Shown here: in pieces, positions 57,667-64,000 of the stretch
Numbering within the stretch: the first letter of the stretch is position 1
Layout: every line of letters begins with the position of its first letter
DNA from: Candidatus Hydrogenedentota bacterium
GTDB taxonomy: Bacteria > Hydrogenedentota > Hydrogenedentia > Hydrogenedentales > JAEUWI01
Direction: 5' to 3'
NCBI GenBank assembly: GCA_034669905.1
Contig: JAXMOL010000002.1
Location: 189,248 to 253,247, forward strand
Length of the DNA: 64,000 nt
Notes under the pieces: model-generated
Database searches by the model: none
What the model was told of the DNA's origin: nothing
The model's input: the letters and a program-made list of their open reading frames with translations, nothing else
Translations under genes and position numbers: made by a program

Positions 57667-58113
57667 ATGGGGATCGTATATCTGACACTCGAACAGGCCA
57701 TAGAGACCCACCGAAAAACGGTTGAGGTCAGCGGTGGTGGGTCAACGGGACATTTGGATATTGGTAAGCTCGACAGTGTATTGCAACACATTCAGAATGA
57801 CGACTACTACCCGACCTTCGAAGAGAAACTGACGCACCTATTCTTTGGCGCTTGCAAGTTTCACTGCTTCCAGGATGGTAACAAACGAATAGCCGCTACT
57901 CTTTGTCTACAGATGTTGCTGTCCAATGGTTACGTTCGTTGCGCCAACGTGTTTCTACGAGATATGGAAAACATAAGTTATCACGTCGCGGCCGGAAACA
58001 TTGATAAGGAATTGCTGGGCGACATTCTTGCTGCCACTATTAATGATGAACTTGAGGATGAAGCGCTCAAACTTCGAATCTTTCGGGCTACATCAAATGG
58101 GATACCAGAATGA
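57667..58113 (+). CDS. Fic/Doc family toxin
   Basis: HCFQDGNKR Doc-type motif. Confidence 0.9.
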   Translation: MGIVYLTLEQAIETHRKTVEVSGGGSTGHLDIGKLDSVLQHIQNDDYYPTFEEKLTHLFFGACKFHCFQDGNKRIAATLCLQMLLSNGYVRCANVFLRDMENISYHVAAGNIDKELLGDILAATINDELEDEALKLRIFRATSNGIPE

Positions 58114-61109
58114 AGATTAAATTCAACCCCGACTTAGCCTACCAGCGGGATGCTATCGAATCGATTACGGGCATCTTTGAAGGGCAGGAGACCTGCCAGA
58201 CCAATTTCACGGTGCCCAAAATACAGCACCTGCCTCAGATGGAATTCGACGATCCCCTCTCCCACTTGGGCACGGGCAACAAACTGGAGTTGTTGGAGGA
58301 GGAGGTCTTAGAGAACGTCCGCCGAATCCAGCTGCACCGGGGCCTGAAACAGAGCGTCTCGCTGGGTTCCATGGACTTTACTGTGGAGATGGAAACGGGT
58401 ACCGGGAAGACGTACGTGTATCTCCGAAGCATCTTCGAAATGCACAAGCGCTACGGCTTCACCAAGTTCATCATCGTGGTGCCTTCCATCGCCGTGAAGG
58501 AGGGTGTCTTCAAGTCCCTAGAGATGACGGCGGACCATTTCCGGGAGCACTATGACAACGTGCCCTGTGATTACTTCATCTACGACTCCCAGAAACTCGG
58601 GCAGGTACGAAACTTCGCCACGAGCGACTACATTCAAATCATGGTGATAAACATAGATGCCTTCCGGAAGAGCTTTGCCGACCCCAAGAAGGAGAACAAG
58701 GCCAATATCATTCACCGGGCCAACGACAAGATGAGTGGCAACAAGCCCATCGAGTTCATACAGTCAACCCGCCCGATTGTCATCATCGACGAACCCCAGA
58801 GCGTGGACAGCACACCCAAATCCAAAGAAGCCATTGCGTCATTGAAGCCCCTGTGCACTTTGCGGTATTCCGCGACACACCGGGAGAAATACAATCTCCT
58901 GTATAAGCTGGACTCCATCGACGCTTATGACCAGAAGTTGGTGAAGCAAATTGAGGTGGCGTCCATCCAGGTGAAGGACGGTCACAATCGGGCCTACGTG
59001 CGTCTAGTTAGTGTGGACAACCGTAAGAGTCCCATTACGGCCAAGATTGAACTGGACGTGACCCAGAAAGGGCGTGTGAAGCGCGTCAGCAAGACCGTGC
59101 GTAGCGGAGACGATCTGTTGTCCGTTTCCGGTGGCCGCGATATTTATGACGGTTACGTCATCAACGATATCTACTGTAAAGAGGGCGAGGAGTATATCGA
59201 CTTCACCAGCAGGCCAGATGTAATTCCACTTGGGCAGGCGATTGGCGAAGTCAATGTAGATGAATACAAACGGCTCCAGATCCGGAAGACTATCGAGGAG
59301 CACCTAGACAAGGAGCTGAAGCTCAACAAGCCCCACGGCATCAAAGTGTTGAGCCTCTTCTTTTTGGATAAGGTGGCTAACTACAGATACTACGACGATG
59401 AGGGTAATCCACAACCGGGGAAATTTGCCCAGATGTTTGAGGAAGAGTACAAGGCGCTCATCAAGAAGCCCAAGTACAACACCCTGTTTGAAGATGTCGA
59501 TACGGAAAGCCTGGCGGAACAGGTTCACAACGGCTATTTCGCTATCGACAAGAAAAAAGATGCCAAGGGAAACGACCTCTACAAAGAGTCCAAGGGCGAT
59601 GGAAAGACTGTTGCCGATGAAGGTGCCTATCAACTCATTATGCGGGACAAAGAGCGCCTACTCAGCTTTGATTCCAAGCTGAAATTCATTTTTTCCCACT
59701 CCGCATTGAAAGAGGGCTGGGACAATCCCAATGTCTTCCAGATATGCACCCTAAATGAGACGACATCCGTTATGAAGAAGCGCCAGGAAATCGGGCGTGG
59801 ACTCCGTATTGCTGTAAACCAGGACGGCGAACGCATCTATGGTTTTGACGTGAACACCCTGACGGTCATGGCCAATGAATCCTACGAAGATTTCGTAAAG
59901 CAGCTCCAGAAGGAGATCGAGGAGGAGGAGGGAATAAAATTTGGCGTGGTGGAAAAACACTTTTTCGCCAACGTCGTGGTGCGAAAGGAAGATGGAACGG
60001 AGAGCTATCTGGGGGCCGAAGCCTCCGAGTCCTTGTGGGAATCTTTGGAAGAAAAGGGTTACATCGACAAACGGGGCAAAGTTCAAGACACCTTGCGCAC
60101 TCACCTGAAGGAAAACCGGGTAGAGTTGCCCGAAGAATTTCAGGAGCAATCCGTCGATATTGAAGCGCTACTGAAAAAGATTGCGGGCAACCTCAACATC
60201 AAAAACGCCGACAACAAAAAGATGGTCCATCTAAACAAGGCCATCTTCCTTGGGGAAGAATTCCAGTCATTGTGGGAGCGTATCAAGTACAAGACCACCT
60301 ACCGAGTCGATTTCGATGTGAAAGCGCTGATCGCCGCGTGTGCCAAGGAGATTAAGCACAACCTTGTGGTAGGTCGGTCGAAGTTCATCTACGAGAAAGG
60401 AACCACCACTATCGACCGTAGCGGTGTGTCTATCGAGCGGGCGCAAGAGAGCAAATACCTCTACGGTGTCCAAGATTTCGTATTGCCCGACATTGTGAGT
60501 TATCTCCAGAACGAGACCAACCTCACCCGACGTAGCCTCGTGAAGATTCTGACGCGTTGCGAAAGGCTGGATGATTTCAAGAAGAACCCCCAGAAATTCA
60601 TCGAAGAAATCTGCACCATTATCCAACATCAGATGCGTCAGTTCATCGTGGACGGCATAAAATACAGAAAGATTGGCGACGAACACTACTACACCCAAGA
60701 GCAGTTTGAAAACCAGGAATTGGTGGGTTATCTGAACCAAAATCTAATCGAGAGCGACAAATCTGTCTACGACCATATTGTCTACGACTCTGAAGTAGAG
60801 TCCGAATTTGCCCGTTCCTGTGAACAGAGCGATGATATTAAGGTTTACGCCAAATTGCCGGGATGGTTTAAGGTAGAGACTCCTTTGGGGAGTTATAACC
60901 CCGACTGGGCGGTCTTGGTCAATTGTGATAGACAGGAGCGGCTTTTTTTCGTCGTCGAGACCAAGGGCAGTACGTTGGTGGACATGCTGCGTCCGTCAGA
61001 GCGAGCGAAGATAGACTGTGGCTTGGAACACTTCAAGGCCATGGGCGAAGACGTAGGATTCACCGAAGCAGACAGCTTTGACAAGTTTATGGATAAGGTG
61101 ACTGGTTGA
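58110..61109 (+). CDS. res: Type III R-M restriction subunit
   Basis: METGTGKT, DEPQ, YSATH, EGWDNPNVFQIC, QEIGRGLR, NPDW..VETKG. Confidence 0.96.
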   Translation: MKIKFNPDLAYQRDAIESITGIFEGQETCQTNFTVPKIQHLPQMEFDDPLSHLGTGNKLELLEEEVLENVRRIQLHRGLKQSVSLGSMDFTVEMETGTGKTYVYLRSIFEMHKRYGFTKFIIVVPSIAVKEGVFKSLEMTADHFREHYDNVPCDYFIYDSQKLGQVRNFATSDYIQIMVINIDAFRKSFADPKKENKANIIHRANDKMSGNKPIEFIQSTRPIVIIDEPQSVDSTPKSKEAIASLKPLCTLRYSATHREKYNLLYKLDSIDAYDQKLVKQIEVASIQVKDGHNRAYVRLVSVDNRKSPITAKIELDVTQKGRVKRVSKTVRSGDDLLSVSGGRDIYDGYVINDIYCKEGEEYIDFTSRPDVIPLGQAIGEVNVDEYKRLQIRKTIEEHLDKELKLNKPHGIKVLSLFFLDKVANYRYYDDEGNPQPGKFAQMFEEEYKALIKKPKYNTLFEDVDTESLAEQVHNGYFAIDKKKDAKGNDLYKESKGDGKTVADEGAYQLIMRDKERLLSFDSKLKFIFSHSALKEGWDNPNVFQICTLNETTSVMKKRQEIGRGLRIAVNQDGERIYGFDVNTLTVMANESYEDFVKQLQKEIEEEEGIKFGVVEKHFFANVVVRKEDGTESYLGAEASESLWESLEEKGYIDKRGKVQDTLRTHLKENRVELPEEFQEQSVDIEALLKKIAGNLNIKNADNKKMVHLNKAIFLGEEFQSLWERIKYKTTYRVDFDVKALIAACAKEIKHNLVVGRSKFIYEKGTTTIDRSGVSIERAQESKYLYGVQDFVLPDIVSYLQNETNLTRRSLVKILTRCERLDDFKKNPQKFIEEICTIIQHQMRQFIVDGIKYRKIGDEHYYTQEQFENQELVGYLNQNLIESDKSVYDHIVYDSEVESEFARSCEQSDDIKVYAKLPGWFKVETPLGSYNPDWAVLVNCDRQERLFFVVETKGSTLVDMLRPSERAKIDCGLEHFKAMGEDVGFTEADSFDKFMDKVTG

Positions 61110-61259
61110 TATTAATTGGTCGAACCCACTCGATTTATTGGTGCGTTAAGAACAACACAGTGGGCTCAGAGTTGCCATCGACGATTTAGTACCAACGGAA
61201 TATTCTATCGAGAGCCAATTACGGATTGTGAATTACTTGGAGGAGAAGACAGATTGTTC

Positions 61260-62330
61260 ATGGAAGTGCTTTTCGGGAAACTGTGTTGCCGGTGTAAGAG
61301 CCGTGGGGCAACCCGTGCAGTCTGTATCGACTGCATAGCAAACGGGGCGACCAAAACACGGAAGTCTAACGAGGCGTCATGCACTTCATGCGAAGTCTGC
61401 CGCAACAAACCGGAACCAGAGCGCTTGCAGTTCTATCACGATAAATGTCTTTGGAGCGAGTCTCACCAAAAGAGCTATAGGTATGAAAGTTGGTGGGAAA
61501 AAGCGCTATCGAGAAAAATTGGTAATAACTATGAAGTAGAGGATGACAAGGAGACGACCGTTGAAGGGTGCAGCGACTGTGGAGGACTGCTGGTATTAAC
61601 AAAAAAGAAAGACGCAAGTAAGACAACCGGAACCTGGCTCACAGGAGAACACAACTACGTTGCACACGCATACCGTTACTACAAGAGAGGTTCCAAGTCA
61701 CCACAGAAAGATAGATACTTTTGCGCGGGCGAGATAGAGAGTAGTATATGGCGTGACACTAGTGAGAATAACCTCAGTGTATCTCCCTCATCTGATTTGA
61801 AGCAGGACCAAGAGTCATGCAGTCACCAATGGAAAGAAATTCTTCGTCCCCCAAGGCTTCCGGGAAAGCCGCTTGAGGAGTGTTTGGAAAACATATTAGA
61901 TGACCGGAGGTGGTCCTACAATAACCGCCAACATGATATCGCCGCGAAATTGAAGTGCGACGAATACTATTCCGTGGAACCGTTGTATAGAATCGTCTGC
62001 GATGAATCAGCGTCAACACAGAAGGTTATCCGTTGGTGCTGGAGATGCGGTCTGAAAGATACACAAACCAAATACCTGTATGACGAAATTCACAGATGGG
62101 TTATTTCGGTTTATGCTCAATTCGATTCTACCGAAGAGTTTACCTGTTCTTATTCCCAATTCGCTTCCGTTTGCAAAGAAGACGAAGGTCGTGGCCCAGA
62201 AATTGCCGCAAAGCTACAAGAAACTGGGGTGCTTAGCCCCGTACGGGTGACGCAAATTGAGGCTGAGACTCATTCTTCCATTCGGGAACCGAATATGAAA
62301 GACGTTATATATTGGCGTCTTATTTCATAG
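61260..62330 (+). CDS. Cys-rich hypothetical protein (several CxxC); start uncertain
   Basis: CCRC, CIDC, CEVC, CSDC, CWRC; low GC; long open frame. Confidence 0.6.
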   Translation: MEVLFGKLCCRCKSRGATRAVCIDCIANGATKTRKSNEASCTSCEVCRNKPEPERLQFYHDKCLWSESHQKSYRYESWWEKALSRKIGNNYEVEDDKETTVEGCSDCGGLLVLTKKKDASKTTGTWLTGEHNYVAHAYRYYKRGSKSPQKDRYFCAGEIESSIWRDTSENNLSVSPSSDLKQDQESCSHQWKEILRPPRLPGKPLEECLENILDDRRWSYNNRQHDIAAKLKCDEYYSVEPLYRIVCDESASTQKVIRWCWRCGLKDTQTKYLYDEIHRWVISVYAQFDSTEEFTCSYSQFASVCKEDEGRGPEIAAKLQETGVLSPVRVTQIEAETHSSIREPNMKDVIYWRLIS

Positions 62331-62418
62331 GGCAACATAAACATTAATGGCTTCTTGCTAAACGGTTCTTTCCGTTGTCAATTTGAAATTACGCTCCAAC
62401 GTGAGGGATTGAAAAGCC

Positions 62419-63351
62419 ATGAAGAACTACTATCGGGTTATGCTCGGGCAGAAAAGTGTATACGCTGAGGAATGCTTTTCCGGAGGCTTCTTCGGAGCAG
62501 ATTTTGGACTCCATCAGGACCTTACGGAACATTTGCCAGAACAGCAGCGAGAATTTAATCAGCAATTTCGACCAATTTGGATGAAGAGCCATCCCGAGAA
62601 AAGCAAGGCATCTGCAGGAATGTCATGCGGCGCATTGCACACCGTATGCAAAGGAATTCGGGAAGGAGACATGTTGCTATGCCCGGATGGGCAGGGAGCC
62701 TATCGTGTAGCTGAAGTGACGGAGCCGTATTCCTACCGTCCGGGAGAAATTCTCCCTCACCGACGAGGTGCTCACTGGCATTCTGATCGAATCAAGCGCG
62801 AAGACATGTCAATCGAATTAAGGAACTCTACGGGCTCCATAGGCACAGTGAGCAATATTACCAAGTACGCCGAAGAAATCGAGACTTTGATGACCGGACA
62901 TGCCTTGCCCGCGCTGGTGGCAACAGATGAGAACGTCGAGGACCCTTCCGTTTTCGCGTTGGAGAAATACCTGGAAGAATTTCTAGTAAGTAATTGGCAA
63001 CAGACCGAGTTGGGCAGGAACTATGACATCTATGAAGAAGATGGTGAGGTTCTTGGCCAACAGTTCCCTAGTGATACCGGACCTATCGATATCTTGGCCA
63101 TCAGCAGAGACAAAAAAGAATTACTCGTCATTGAGCTAAAGAAGGGTCGTGCAAGTGACGTGGTAGTTGGGCAGATACAACGCTACATGGGGTATGTCCT
63201 TGAGGAACTGGCAGAATCGGACCAGCTTGTGAAAGGGATAATCATCGCACTTGACGATGACCTTCGAATTCGACGTGCTCTTAAAGTCGCCCAAGGCATT
63301 GAGTTCTATCGGTATCAGGTCAGCTTTAAGTTGCTCAAAGGGGAATCATGA
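62419..63351 (+). CDS. NucS/DUF91-like PD-(D/E)xK endonuclease with N-terminal putative modified-DNA reader domain
   Basis: GPIDILA..VIELKK..VVGQIQRYMG; N-terminal I.EGD.LL.P..Y. Confidence 0.85.
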   Translation: MKNYYRVMLGQKSVYAEECFSGGFFGADFGLHQDLTEHLPEQQREFNQQFRPIWMKSHPEKSKASAGMSCGALHTVCKGIREGDMLLCPDGQGAYRVAEVTEPYSYRPGEILPHRRGAHWHSDRIKREDMSIELRNSTGSIGTVSNITKYAEEIETLMTGHALPALVATDENVEDPSVFALEKYLEEFLVSNWQQTELGRNYDIYEEDGEVLGQQFPSDTGPIDILAISRDKKELLVIELKKGRASDVVVGQIQRYMGYVLEELAESDQLVKGIIIALDDDLRIRRALKVAQGIEFYRYQVSFKLLKGES

Positions 63352-63920
63352 GGTCTACGGAGAGAGCGTACGAGAACGCGGTAAAAGTTCTACGTGTCTG
63401 TGATCAAAAATGGAAGAAGTCTGATAGAAAGGGGCGAGCAGAGTTTACCGACTGCCGAGAGGAAGTACTCGAAAAATATCAGCCAATCTTTTCTACACAG
63501 AGTTTAGGAAAAATGACAAAGGATGAGTTCTGGTCTTTCCTACTAATTGAGAACAACCATCATTGGACTGGACTCCATCGGCAGGCCCCCCGTCTGTGCG
63601 AAGATATGAGCGCCCTTCGTAGAAACATCCAGAATTTGTTGGACGAAACTCAGCCGATATCCAACCGAGTCACGACGTGTATTGACTCCACAAGTGGAAT
63701 GGGAGTGGGCATCTGCACGGCTATTCTACTGGTCGCTTATCCTGATTCCTGTGGGGTTTGGAATTCAAAGTCAGAAGGGGCTCTACATAGACTTCGTATC
63801 TGGCCACGATTTGAACGGGGGTTGACAATTGGAGAGAAATACGAGCTCGTCAACAAACTACTGAATCGGCTCGTAGCGGTAGATGTCAAGCATATTGAGA
63901 CAGTCATAGGTTTTAATTAG
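63348..63920 (+). CDS. Hypothetical protein resembling an N-terminal domain of restriction proteins; possibly truncated
   Basis: ATGA overlap with the nuclease gene; GMG....TAIL...YPD...VWN motif. Confidence 0.6.
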   Translation: MRSTERAYENAVKVLRVCDQKWKKSDRKGRAEFTDCREEVLEKYQPIFSTQSLGKMTKDEFWSFLLIENNHHWTGLHRQAPRLCEDMSALRRNIQNLLDETQPISNRVTTCIDSTSGMGVGICTAILLVAYPDSCGVWNSKSEGALHRLRIWPRFERGLTIGEKYELVNKLLNRLVAVDVKHIETVIGFN

Positions 63921-64000
63921 AGAGTATTTGGACTGTGTTTTTGTCTTTCTCCGGTGTATCCCGTTTGGGCGGATTTATCCAGACGGCCTCTGGTGGAATG

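Larger units (their letters stand above)
40625..64000. mobile_element. tRNA-Met-integrated genomic island with defence cargo; right end not seen
   Basis: Integrase next to the tRNA, arm repeats, xis/rep, drop in GC, R-M genes. Confidence 0.9.

Noticed and set aside
47329..61109. BREX or DISARM assignment
   Set aside because: No PglZ, BrxC or DrmA/B recognisable; Mod and Res motifs are type III R-M

Overview
Bases 1-40.6 kb are GC-rich bacterial chromosome. Protein style (a Cys + D-L-x-x-L-G-L C-terminal anchor, pilin and flagellin types) suggests Candidatus Hydrogenedentes or a relative; this is inference only. This part carries dnaK, htpG, carA, truA, ggt, a GT4/GH130 cluster, a pilin, polysaccharide genes, REP-like repeats and an operon of three flagellins plus flaG. 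From 40.6 kb to the window end is an island integrated at tRNA-Met. It holds a tyrosine integrase, excisionase and Rep-like module, a decayed methyltransferase, and an extended type III R-M locus (SNF2 helicase, DUF4391, two Mod genes, DUF3800, DNA-binding protein + Doc, Res, NucS-like nuclease). The main finding is in the ORF-free gap at 29.64-30.34 kb: three tandem, perfectly spaced sigma28 promoters, each followed by a candidate sRNA and a terminator-like hairpin. All three RNAs share an AUCCC-loop hairpin and carry segments complementary to the RBS/start codon of flagellin 2 or 3; two also have clear CsrA-type hairpins. The second highlight is a 65-nt RNA with its own sigma70 promoter and terminator, convergent on the DUF3800 gene. 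All calls were made by eye; no searches or folding programs were run.
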